Shown here: positions 24,996-36,915 of the stretch, piece by piece | How the letters are laid out: each line of letters begins with the position of its first letter | How positions within the stretch are numbered: position 1 is the first letter of the stretch | NCBI RefSeq assembly: GCF_018977255.1 | Contig: NW_024704742.1 | Span: forward strand, 2,544,001 to 2,608,000 | DNA: 64,000 bases | Direction of reading: 5' to 3' | Source: Callorhinchus milii | Taxonomy: Eukaryota | The notes under the pieces: generated by a model | What the model was told of the DNA's origin: nothing | Databases searched by the model: none | The model's input: the letters and a program-made list of their open reading frames with translations, nothing else | Made by a program: the position numbers and the translations under genes

Positions 24996-26778
24996 GTAAG
25001 AGGCCTCCTCGTCTCGACCCCGTCCTGCGGCCGGTTGTGGTGTCAGCGCGTCGAATGCTGCGTTAACTCTGCGAGGTGGAGTTGCTGTGTTTTATGCTGA
25101 AGGCCCCACCGGGGAGCGCGTTCAGTTCTCCAATCAGGACGATGTGAGTTGAACGTGAGCTTACGGTGGGCTGGATTCAGTGTCAGGACTGAATAGCCAG
25201 CTCAGTGCGTTCGCTGAGTTTCCCTTTCCTGCTGGAAAGGGCAGCAGTAACAGGCATTCAGACTCGCTTGATGCGTATTTCCTGCATCGTAGCCCGAGTG
25301 ATCTCTAAGGTCGAGTGGTGCAAGATTGCCTTCCCGCTCACAAATGGATTAAGCAACTCAGTCTCCTGGGTTTACAAGCGAACCATCGCTGGGATTTCCC
25401 TGCGAATCTGAAACGGACAGGAGTTTGCCAACTCTGTCTCAGTGTAGTGACTATGTGTTTGTATGGAAATTGTTACCCATCAGGCTCCAATTCCTCAATT
25501 TACCCAAGACGCAGTGAACTGGTGCGAAACTTGTCTCTAATGAAAATAAAGCGTGCATGAGAGGTTGCTCTCGTGTGCTTCCTAATGGCAAGTTTTCAAC
25601 TGAAGTAAATCATTCCACAATCAGTATTACTATTACCATCATTCCACAATCATTTTAGATGGTAAAAATGAGCTTGTTGAGGCGGACGTAAAAGAGGGAA
25701 GTAAACCAGATTATTTGTGTGTGTGTGCGTGTTTGTGTGAGTCTGTTAATGTGGTTATACAAACACGCAGAGGCTTAATTTCTCCAGTAAAAAAAAGATG
25801 TTTTGTTGCTGAGCAATGATTTTGCCAGGAATGAAATTCCACTGAAAATACAGTTAATTTGATAAATGATTATCACGTACGTGCAGAGAATTCCTCTCAA
25901 CCGAATCACTTCCAGTTCACTTCCATTTTATAGAATTAGCTTACTTGTGTAAATATTTAGCTTATTCTGAACTAATACGACATCGAGCATTTGAACATTA
26001 TTACACATTACTTTTAACCCATTTTGTCTGCCTCAGCAGCGTTCTTTTCGACCAACATCTCCATTTAATTTCCCCGACGCCATTTTCCAATGCTGTTATG
26101 AAAAAATGTAAATGGGAAATCCGATTCTAACAATGATTCAGGTCATGAATATATGTGGTACCAGGGTATTGCTTTGTTTTTTTTTATCAATGGCGGCTTG
26201 TATTTCGTATCGTAAACACTGCAAGTCTAACTCTTCGACATGACCATACAAGTGAAAGTTTCAGCGACATCGCTGATTGAATTCAGAACGTAGCAGATAG
26301 TACTTGTGTATGAATAGTCGTTGTATCCTGGTAATGTTGGTGGATGGCTAAACAGGATCCCTTAACAACGGTCACCTTTTGTTCTCTGTTTCGAGTGGTG
26401 TCTGTGGCGAGCTGATTGTTTTGCTGTCTCTATGGTTTTCCGGTGCTTATTTTCTGAATTCATTGTTCATTATGTTTCCGTCGATGCTGAATCGAACAAA
26501 CTCTGCTTTTGTTCTCCATTTTACAACGTTCACCCAAACCTCTTGAGACTGAGAAAAGTCCACCTGCAAACTCGCTCAGAGAGTTGGTTTGTGGGGTGCG
26601 ATCCAGCTGCTGTTCCCACACAGTTCAAACCTCATCTGGTGCCCATCAACAAAGTTTGACCACTCAATACATGACTGTTTGCGGGACAGTGTTGTGCGCT
26701 ATTGGCTGACGAGTTTTGCCCACGTAATATACAGTTGATTTACTTTATGGTACGTTCTGTGCAGCGCTTTGAGATGTG

Positions 26779-27227
26779 GTGCAGACAGTGGTGGTGAACG
26801 GTTGTTTTTGTGACTGGAGGGAAGTGTGCAATGGTGTCCCCCAGAGACCACTGCTGTTTGTGATCTATATAAATGATCTGGACTTGGGTACAGGGAGTAC
26901 AATTTCCAAGTTTGCAGATGATATTAAGCTAGGAAAAGTAATAAACAGTGAGGAGGATAGTATCAGACTGCAAACGGACATAGAGAGACTGGTAACATGG
27001 GCAGACACGTGGCAGATGAAGTTTAATGTGGAGAAATGTGAATTGATGCATTTTGGGAGGAAGAATGAGGAGCAGCAATATAAGCTGACGGTACAATCTT
27101 AGGGGGTGAAGGAACAGAGAGACCTGGGGGTTCATGTAAGTAAATCTTTGACAGGACAGGTAGAATAAAGCTGTTTAAAAAAAAAGCGTACGGGATACTC
27201 GGCTTTATAAATAGAGGCATAGAGAAC
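26779..27227 (+). mobile_element. CR1 LINE reverse transcriptase fragment
   Basis: ORF 26776-27102: GVPQ..PLLFVIYINDLD..ISKFADDIKLG..LQTDIERL..WADTWQMKFNVEKC. Classic CR1 RT with the FADD motif; truncated, with a small deletion after GVPQ. Confidence 0.93.
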
Positions 27228-27292
27228 ACATCTGATGTCTTGGCCTCTACCCCTTTCCCGGCCACTCATGGCAGCCAGTGGAATCCTGTAAT

Positions 27293-27640
27293 AATATAAT
27301 AATAATAATAATCCTTGCATTTAATATAGCGCTTTTCACATCGGGAGGACGTCCCAAAGCACTTCACAGAACACACTGTAAAGTGAATTTGTATGTTTGT
27401 GGGCGAACGCGGCAGCCAATTGCGCACAGCAATGTCCTACAAACAGTCGTAGATTGAAAATGACCAATTTATTATTGTTTTTGGTTTTGGAGGGATTATT
27501 ATTAGGCTCTGTGTGGAGTAAGGAAACTTGCCCAAGGTTTCACCCTCTGCCTGGAATTGAACTCAGGTCTCTCGCTTGCAAAGCGAGTGCTCTAACCACT
27601 GAGCTACAGGACTGCACACCACTGAGCTACAGGACTCCAC
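27293..27640 (-). mobile_element. Young tRNA-SINE short subfamily, full length, with duplicated 5' end
   Basis: Reverse complement of 19817-20141; accactgagctacaggact occurs twice at the head. Confidence 0.95.
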
Positions 27641-27647
27641 TCACTGG

Positions 27648-28006
27648 CGCACTCGCCTCACAACCAAGAGACCTGGGTTTGCTTCCCGGCAGAGCGAAAC
27701 GATGGGCAAGTTTCCTTACTCCACACGGCTCTGCTTACCTAGGAGTAAGTAGGAACCCGGTTGTTAGGCGATCGGCGGATGGCTTTTCCAGGGGTAATGA
27801 TTCCTTCAAAAAAAAATAATAATTTGGTCACTCAATTCACGACACTGATGTGCGCATTTGGCTGATGTGTTTCGGCCACAAAATATACAGTCAATTCACT
27901 TTACATTATATTCCGTGAAGCGCTTTGATAAAGCACTATATCAAATGCAAGGATTACTATTATTATTATAATAATAACAATAATTTTTATTATTATTATT
28001 ATTATT
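27648..28006 (+). mobile_element. tRNA-SINE long subfamily, head-to-head with the previous copy
   Basis: gcactcgcctcacaa head, middle domain and (TTA)n tail. Confidence 0.9.
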
Positions 28007-30294
28007 GTCCTCTGAGGAAAGAAAAAAACTTCCTGTACCTGTTTGAAATTGCCTTTTACAACTCTTAAACTTTTGTCCTCTTGTTCTACTATCTTGTTAC
28101 ATCAGAGTATTGATCCGGGTTTACTTTTTTCAATCCCATTCAAAATATTATACACATCTCTGAGGTCTCCTCTGAGTCTTCTTCTCTCCAAATATAACTT
28201 TTCCTTTGGTACAAAACGATTACCTCGGGCTCCAAGCCTGACAGGTCATCTTTGGGGGCCAATGACAAGCTGAATGACCTGGAGCTTGATGGAAATCATT
28301 TCATTTGCTGCCCCCACGATGGAATGAAAAAAAAACCAATGTCACTTTACAGGCCAGGTCTGCCGCAGAGTTGGTATCAGCTCAGCGCTAGGCGAGTCAA
28401 ACAAGCATAAACTGTACCGCATAGCTTCAGTAAATGCAGCGTGATTCAGTGTGATAGAAACATCAGGAGAGCACCTCCGGGAAGGCAAAGCTCCTGCTGT
28501 TTCGGTCTCCCACTGGCTGCAGTGCGACCATCAAGATCACAGCAGAATACTGAATCATAGAGCAATGTTCATCATCACAAAGAACATCTTTGTTTGTTCT
28601 TCTTCAGTCCGATCGACATTTTCGCTTTCCAATTTTGCTTTAAAGCCACACTTGGTCTCTCACTTTGAAAATTTTCAGCGCATATGTTTCTTTTGCGATT
28701 CTAATGTGACCAGATATAACTTTTCTCTCACTTATTCCCCCCCCTCCCCCCCCCACCAACCCACACCCCCCCCCAAAAAAAAAGACCTTCATATAAATTT
28801 TCTCTGGAAGTACTTTGAGTGGCTCGTCAAGTTTGTGTCACGGTACACTGTGAGTGATGGGAACTCACAGGGTCACACGGGTTTGATATATTGAGTACCG
28901 TTCATTCTGCTCAGCATAAGTAATACCATATCCCCCAAGCTCTGAAGAACATGCCCTCGTGTTAGCTTTCGATTTCTCATTCCACCAATCATTGTGACCT
29001 CCTTGAACGATACCAAGATAATACTATGGATATCGCAGACAAGCGAAGAGTGCCGCGGAGATTCACTGGGCTGATACCAGGGCTGAAAGGATGTACTTTG
29101 GCTATAGTGGTTGAAAACCAGGGTTGTTTTCATCGGCTTCCGGAAGATTGAGCTGAGTGTTGTAAACAATAAGGTCCAATTTGTGATCTTCGCAAACCAG
29201 GTTGAACGCCCGCACTTGGGTCGCAGGGATTTTTTTTTACACTCCCGACGCCATTCAGAAAAGGCATTTAGCAATTCTTGAATATGCCCAAGAAATATAT
29301 TTGCACATTTGCAATCAGAAGCCGCACATCAGATTGGATTTGCAAATATCGCACATTAGATCCTAATGACGAGATTATTTATGCTGGTCTGTGAATCAGC
29401 AACAGGAAGGCATAAATCAACACGAGATTATTACCAGATGCACAATGCGAGAGGTGAGAAGAACATTTTTTTACACGGAGGGTTATTAAAACACATTATC
29501 ACAAGGCTAATAGGATGAGACATTTAAAGGGAGTCAGATAAACACTCGAAGAACAAAATATTTAAATTGCTTATTTGATAAAAAAAATGATTTAACAAAA
29601 AATACTTATTATTATAAATAGACATTATAAACGAGCAGGAAAATAGGATTGGAGTAATTCACTTCATGGCTGTTTGTGGGAAGTTGCCATGGGCAAATTG
29701 GCTGTTGTGTTTGCCCGCAAGATACACAGTCACTAGATTTTAAAGTATATCCCGTGAAGTGCTTTGAGACGCGCAAGGTCCTATATCAAAAGAAGGGACT
29801 CTTACTTAGAATATAGAGCTCCGGCCGTGGGACAGCACCGCAAATGCGCAGCGGGACACCCTACTGCGCTGATATTTCTGGGATTTTGATTTGTGTAACG
29901 CTTAGTTTTTGCTGAAAAGGTCTCCTGTTGGGAGCTGCCGTAACTCATTCGCTTAAGACTTCGAAGCTGTCGGGGAGAGGAGAGCTTCACTCTGGCTGCA
30001 TTAGAGCACAAATGTCAGAGTGAAAGGATGGCCTTCTGAGTCTCAATGTGTGTCTGTCACCCATTCCCCGCGTTTTAAACCTTTTCGCAAGACAACTGCG
30101 AGTGCATTAATTGCCCCTCTGGATTGGAACAGCCAGTCCACGTGCACAATAACAGGGGTGGGGGGGATGGGGGGTGGGCATTACACCAGAGGTCGGACCA
30201 TAAAGCAGTAAAGCAGGAACATCCACCATCATGTTTAAGACTGACTGGGTCTTTGGCCCCACTGGGTTCCTGCTGGCAAATTGTGGCAGCAATT

Positions 30295-30725
30295 AATAAT
30301 AAGAATCCTTGCATTTAATATAGGGCCTTTTCACATTATCGAGACGTCTCCAGATGCTTCTGCACAGGATATACTGTAAAGTGGACTGACCGTGTGGTTT
30401 TTAGGCAAAATGTGGCAGCATATTTACTCACAACAATGTCCCACAAACAGCCATGGAGTGAGTGACCGATTTAATTCGGGGGATTTGTTGGCCAAAACTC
30501 CTTCTCTTTTCAAATAGTGCCATGGGACCCTTAAGGTCCATCTGAACAGGCAGACGGGACTGAGGGATCTGAAGGGCAACACCTCAGATAAGACAACTCC
30601 CCCTCACCCAAACCACCCCCAGAACTGCATTGAAGTGTCAGCTTAGACAATGTGTTCTGACGTGAGGCTTGAACCCACAATCTTCTGACTCAGAGGTGGA
30701 AGTGCTACCACTGAACCCGGCTAAC
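30295..30725 (-). mobile_element. Old Deu-domain SINE, near full length
   Basis: Minus-strand head gtggtagcacttccacctctgagtcagaagattgtgggttcaagcc, Deu core and tail. Confidence 0.85.
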
Positions 30726-31219
30726 TTTGTAAGCTTTGAGTTCAGAGGGACTTTGTTCAGCTCTGTTACAGACTTTCAGACATCCCATCCTTTGCAGTTT
30801 GTATTTCTCCTGAAATATACAATGCAATCTGCACGCATTTAGCTTTGGGACCATCCCTCATCTTCTCTTTCCTCTGCTATTTACGGCGAATGATTTTCTT
30901 GGCTAATACCGATGTTAACCACAAGAGCTTGGAACTAAATTTAGTCTGTTTCAGCTGGTGACTCACGGTTGCCACTTACTCTGTTATGTTTAATTGAACA
31001 GCACTCTGAAAAGCAAAGCTAAAACACGCAATACGAATGAGTATTGACGCACAACGATTTTTTTTCCCCGACGAATACCAGAAATTCCAATTTGACGCTG
31101 ACCTGGGATAACTATGAATCAGAACCATGAAGATCTGAAGAGCATAGGAACAGGGAAGGAGTCTGTTGAGCCCATCATACCTCTTCTGGCATTTTATTAT
31201 ATCTTTTGATACCATTCTC

Positions 31220-31468
31220 TCCCCTTCAGCCTCTCAGCCCCGAGGCTCTGGAACTCTATCCCCCAGTGCCTTCGCCGCTTCCTCCCTTTCCTCCTTCAAG
31301 GCCGGTCTCAAGACCTTTCTCTTTGACCTTCAGCCTTCAGCTCCCCTCTCGACTCTCTACTCCCTCCTCGCTCCCTCCCTTCCCTCCCCTTGGGAGGGGT
31401 CCAGCGCCTTGGGACGTCCTCCCAACCTGAAAGGCGCTCTATAAATGGAATCTTGTTGTTGTTATTGT
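31220..31468 (+). mobile_element. L2 LINE 3' terminus
   Basis: ..LSSFKAGLKTFLFD, then tail gcgccttgggacgtcctcccaacctgaaaggcgctctataaatgg..(ttg)n. Confidence 0.85.
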
Positions 31469-31605
31469 TTTCTCCAGTATCTCCTAATGACCTCATCTGC
31501 TGGTGTCAGTGAAAGGCACGATAACATGTTGTTATATGAAGAAGATATTCAAAACAAATATATAATACATTCCTGTTTGTGCATGTTGTTCAACAGAAAT
31601 GTATA

Positions 31606-31834
31606 GGGTTAAGATTCCACCTGGATCTGGGTTTACTTTATTAAAGTAGCTTTTCGAGCTTCCGGAATTTGGCAGATACTTAATTCCGATCGTAATTGTG
31701 AAAAAGCGTCAAATATCTTACGAATGATAGAAAATTGGCTTCCAAGTTGAGACTGAATTCAACAATTTGCCAAATTCTGGCTGCTCTGAAATGTTAGTGG
31801 ATTAAATCGAGAGCCCAGGATTGAATTTTACCTC
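31606..31834. mobile_element. Fold-back (MITE-like) element, second complete copy
   Basis: Arms gggttaagattccacctgg..ccggaatttggcaga / aatttgccaaattctgg..cccaggattgaattttacctc. Confidence 0.6.
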
Positions 31835-32089
31835 ATAAACGCATAGCTTCCCCCGGCAGCTCTGCGGAGAAAAGCGATGTCTAGTTTGGTATTGAATAAT
31901 ACAGGGTTTTAAGCTCTCGGGTTTCAATCCTTCATTGTTAGCAAGTCATCTGATTTGCACCGGGTTGTCCTTGGGATGCAACAGTTGATCTGCCTCGGTG
32001 TTCTTGGGCTCAGGTAGAGATTAAAGGTTAACCAGATTTCCGGATTCTGATCTGCTGCCTTCAAGTGACTTTGTTTTTCTATCGAATAA

Positions 32090-32342
32090 AAATAATAACC
32101 CTCGCATTTGATATAGCACCTATTGCACACAGCGGTGTCCCACAAACGTGGATTGAGTAACCAAGTTATTGTTATTTTTTTTAAGCTATATTATTGTCCC
32201 CAGAAAAGCCATCCGCCAATCGACGGACAACCGGGTTTCTGCTTACTGCCAGGTAAACAGAGGCGTGTGGAGTAAGGAAACTTGCCTAACGTTTCGCCCC
32301 GACCTGGAATTAGTATCGCTCTAACCAATACGGTACAGGACT
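32090..32342 (-). mobile_element. tRNA-SINE long subfamily with internal deletions
   Basis: Contains the reverse complement of the middle domain (ggtaaacagaggcgtgtggagtaaggaaacttgcc). Confidence 0.8.
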
Positions 32343-33606
32343 TAGATCACAGAATCATAGAAATTTACAGTGCAGGAGGAGGCCATTCAGCCCATCAATT
32401 CTGCATCATCTGTCAGTGCAAGATGCACTTTTAATCCAACTGCTCTTCTGTGTTCCCATATCCCTTCAAGCTTCTAAGCATCCTGGTTGAAGACATGATT
32501 GGATTTAGTTATGATGGCTGTCAATGTCAAATATGTTTCTGACACTCATCGTCTGGACTGTTCAGTGAAGCATGGCCACTTGGGTGAGCTATTATAAGAC
32601 TGTCAGTGGCCATTGAAGTATGTTAGTTATTGAATTTAGGGGCAGAGAAAAGAAAGGTTGTTGCAATAATTCCACATAACCAGTATTTTTCGAGCCCCGC
32701 TTAATTATTTCACCCTGTAATCAAGCTTGGACGTTCTTTGGCACGAAATTAAACGGGGCTCGAAAAAAAAAAATCAATAAAATCCTACCTTTGAGGTGAT
32801 AAGGTAGGCGAGAGCAATCCTCGGCGACTGTGCAAAAATATAGGGCTGCAAAGCGAGAGATCGGCCGCTTCGCGATAAAACGGGGTCGAAAGTTTAAGTG
32901 GATTCTCAGTTGGCGCTTTGAAAAACTGCAAAACAAAAAAGCACGAATACACAAAAGGTTAGAGGTGTCTGCCACAGTCCTCATTCCTGCTCACATTTTT
33001 TTTAAAGCTGTCCCTGATGGCTTGTTAGTGACACGCTGGGCAACCGAATGTCAGACTTGAGTTAATTCTCTGCTGAGGTCTCGGTAGCCCGGTTCCTGAG
33101 CCAGGCGGGTCTGCAGTATTCCAGAGCGCTGCTGATGACAGTACAGCCCGGCCTGGCTCATCAGCGGGACCTGGAAGGCTGGACCAGTCATTGGAATGAG
33201 GTACTCTTCCTGCTCAGTTCCTGTTAGACCTGCAAGCCACAGCTCTAATGGGTAGGGTGGTCCCAACTGTACAAGCAGGGCAAGTTTGCCGGGCATTAGT
33301 CTCAAAGGTTTTTTTTTTTTTTGCTGGTTGAACTCCAGCACTACCCCCAACCCACACACTGGAGTCCCCAAGCCTTCCAGCCAAATTGAACCTAATACTC
33401 TCTGGAATTGGTCAAGCAGGATGCATCCCTCTAGCGAGGGAGTGTGCGTTTCCATTTCAGACACAGCTCAGCTCTAAGGAGACCTTGGTTATTTCCATCC
33501 TTGGAGCTGAGCAAAACAGTTTGCTTCTGACTGCTGTAATTTGAACGACAGCACAGGGGACTTTTTCTGGGTGCAATCCAGGATTCATCTCCATTATTGC
33601 CTACTC

Positions 33607-33920
33607 GTGGAGTCCTGTAGCTCAGTGGTTGGAGCACTCGCCTCACAAGCGAGAGACCTGGGTTCGATTCCCGGCAGGGCGAAACCTTGGGCAAGTTTCC
33701 TTACTCCAGACGCCTGATAATAATCCCTCAAGAAAAAGAAAACAATAGTAAATTGGTCACTTCAGTCCACGACTGTTTGTGGGGACACTGCTGCGCGCAA
33801 TTGGCTGCCGAGTTTCGCCCACAAATACACAGTCAATTCACTTTACAGTATATTTTGTGAAGCGCTTTGAGATGTCGAGAAGACGTGAAAAAGCGTTATA
33901 TTAAATGCAAGGATTATTAC
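33607..33920 (+). mobile_element. tRNA-SINE, intermediate form (long-type head, short-type deleted middle)
   Basis: Head loop CTCACAA and B box GGTTCGATTCC as in long copies, but the middle jumps from ..ttactccagacgcc directly to (taa)n. Confidence 0.92.
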
Positions 33921-36537
33921 AATTTCACAAGCAATGGAATTGCAACACCCAACACACATGCTGTTGGACTAACCGTATTGTGTGCAGACTGTCCTCCAAC
34001 AGCTGCGTTTGCATATTCCCAATTGCACGTTTCAGAGGATATTGGCGCTCTCTGAACCGAGAGCTATTAATTTGTGCCTGGCAGACATCACCGTTGCATC
34101 ACCAATAATTTTCAATGCTGTCAAATCTTCTTAAAGTGGATGTGAATGGCCTCTCTGCAGATTAATCACGTTGGCCTTAACTGGATTGTGTCTAGTGTCG
34201 TTTCCTCCAGTGTCATGTGCAGGCTTGAACAGGAAAGTAAGTCAATATCTCCCTCCAGTGAGGAAATGGCAAAACTGTGATGATTTCACAGAGCTGAGAG
34301 CCCGTTAATATCATCTTAGAGTTGGGGTGGAGGGAATGGGGTGGGGGGGAGATTCACTTGCTTCAGATTTGGCAAGGTAGATAGAGTAAGGAGTGGGTGG
34401 AGATTTACGTGGAATATTATCACTGGCACGAATGGATGGGCCGAATGACCTATTTCCATGCTGGGCAAATCTATGTAAATCTGTGGCCCCAAAGTCCTCG
34501 TTGTCTTGGCCTTAAGAACATTATCTTAACATTGAAACATTTTACAGAACGATCTTGAGGGGAAAAATCCTAAAATCCAGTCTTAATTTAGATGATGGTT
34601 GTTTCTTAACTTTCCAGTTAAGACCGTGAGATTGAGAAACTCCTGACGAGCCCTCATTATAATTCCAAAATAATAATAGCAGAATATTTACAGCTTTGAG
34701 AGCCGTTGGCAGCTGGAATGGTTAAACCCTTTTGTGAATCAATTGGAAGGCGTTGAGTGATTTTCAGGTTTACACGTAGGTGTTAAAATGTTTGCGAATT
34801 AAATCGATTCAGATGTAATCTGACTTTTCCGGCATATGAGATGTTTAATCCTATTAATACGTTATGAAGTGGCTTGCTGTGAGTGGTGGTTCTTTATTGG
34901 TGATGATGATATGCAAACGTGTATCCAAATAAATCAATGCGCTCAGTAACTCCGCACGGTGGAGAAAATAACGCGTCCTGCCCGCCTGAGTCTCACCACC
35001 CGAATCGCGCTCAGAACTCAATCACTGTCCCCAGTGCTTAGAACAGCCCCACCCCACGACACACTCCCCATCCTCCCGGATGCTAATTGCGTCCGTGGAT
35101 CTGACATTCATCGTAGCTCGCCCGCAGCATCCTCCTGGACTTAATTTTCTCGCTGCTTCATCAATCCTATTAATTTCACATGTCCGTTAATCCAATTGCG
35201 CTGTCTTCATTTGACCGGCTGAATCCAAATGAAATTTGAATTGCGTGCCTTTGTGAATGTGAATAGGATCATGCGCAAGGCACTTGTTATTGTGTTTCAG
35301 CGTGTTCAAGAGGCTCGGCAGTAGAGGTCTGCTTTTTTTTTTGAAAGGCTCGATTAAAGGTAATTTGTGAGAGAAAAGAATGCGTGGACCGTAATGTAAA
35401 CAACAATAATAATTTAAGCATGATTGTTGTAGTATAGAATTATTGAAACAGTAATAAAAATAATAATCCTTGCATTTGGTATTGCAACTTTCACGTCAAG
35501 GGGACAACTCAAACCACTTCAGAGGATTTAGCTGTAAATTGTAGTCATTGTGTTTTGTGGGTGAGTGTAGTAGCTAATTTGCCCATAATCATGTCCCACA
35601 AACAACGATGAAGTGGATAATGATCCTTGCATCTGGTATATATATTGGAAGGATGGATTTATTGTGAAATGGAGTGACTGTCTATTTGTAGCCAAACACG
35701 GCAGCCCAATTGCGCACAGCAATGTCCCACAAACAACCATGAAACCATTGACAATTTTTTTTTTATTTGTGGGATTATTGGACCGGATACCAGAAGAAAC
35801 TTCCTTCTCTTTTCGAATAGTGCCATCCACCTGAACAGGCAGACAGGACCTCAGTTTAACAGCTCATTGGAAGGATGGATGACCAATCTTAATTGGGAAT
35901 TTGTTGACTAGGACGTTGGCAAAAGGGTGTATCAGGTGAATGCAGCAGTCAGTTTACGCAGAGCAATGTCTCGCGAGCATCCATGAATTGAATGATCAAT
36001 TGTATCTGGAGAACTATTGTCCAGGACAGTGGGAGAATCTCCCTACTTTTTTTGAATTGTGCCGTGGGATCTGTAACATCCTACCAAACAGGCAGGCAGG
36101 ACCTCAGCTTAGCATTTCGTTGGAAAGACAGGAACTCTAACAATGCAGTGCATCTCCAACACTGCCCTGAGCGTCAGCCTCGGCAATATCAGTTCAAAGT
36201 CCCACACGGGGCTTGGGCTCACAGCCTTCTGCCTCAGAGGCGAAAGTGCTACCAACTGAGCCAGGTTGGCACGCATAATAACATCGGAAGAGGACGTTTG
36301 ATTCGTCAAACCTAAAATAGTGCTCGACAACTGAAACGACCACAACAGCCTGCATTTATATAGCGCCTATCGCATAGGATCACCTCTCCAAGGGCTTCAA
36401 AAAGAAGGGTTTGCTATGGGGGTTAAGGATATAGGCACAGGCACCACACTTCCCATTGAATCCCGTGAAGCGCTTTGAGACATCTTCCCAACACGAAAGT
36501 TGTTGCAGCACATGCAAGGATTAATATTATTGCTATC

Positions 36538-36915
36538 CTAGAATCATAGAATTTTACTGCACAGAAGGAGGCCATTCGGCCCATCGTGCCTGTGCCAGCT
36601 CTTTGAAAGAGCTCCCGACTAGTCCCACTCCCCCACTCTTGCCCCGTTAGTCCTACACTTTTTACGTACCTATCTGATTCTGTTTTGAGAGCAATTATCG
36701 AATCTGCTTCCTCCACCCTTTCAGGTGCTGCATTCCAGGCCGTAACAGCTCTGGGTAAAATAAAAACCTCTTCTCTTCTGCCCTTTGGTTCTTTTGCCAT
36801 CCTAGATATTATCCGTGTGAATCCATACTTTACCCTTTCCTTGTCTTGAGTGTCCAGTCTATAATGGGACACCCAGAATCGCGCACATTTCGCCAACTGT
36901 GGCCTGACCAGTATC
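36538..36915 (-). mobile_element. CR1 LINE 3' fragment
   Basis: Minus ORF ..RAVTAWNAAPERVEEADSIIALKTESDRY plus 3' UTR gatgggccgaatggcctccttctgtgc..(ttctatga). Confidence 0.88.

Noticed and set aside
26779..27227. Active reverse-transcriptase system (retron/DGR-like)
   Set aside because: Truncated CR1 RT piece with a deletion and downstream frameshifts; an ordinary dead LINE fragment.
27397..27819. Recurrent short ORFs such as MWANAAANCAQQCPTNS.. and ..REKRYIKCKDYYYY
   Set aside because: These are translations of SINE copies, not genes.
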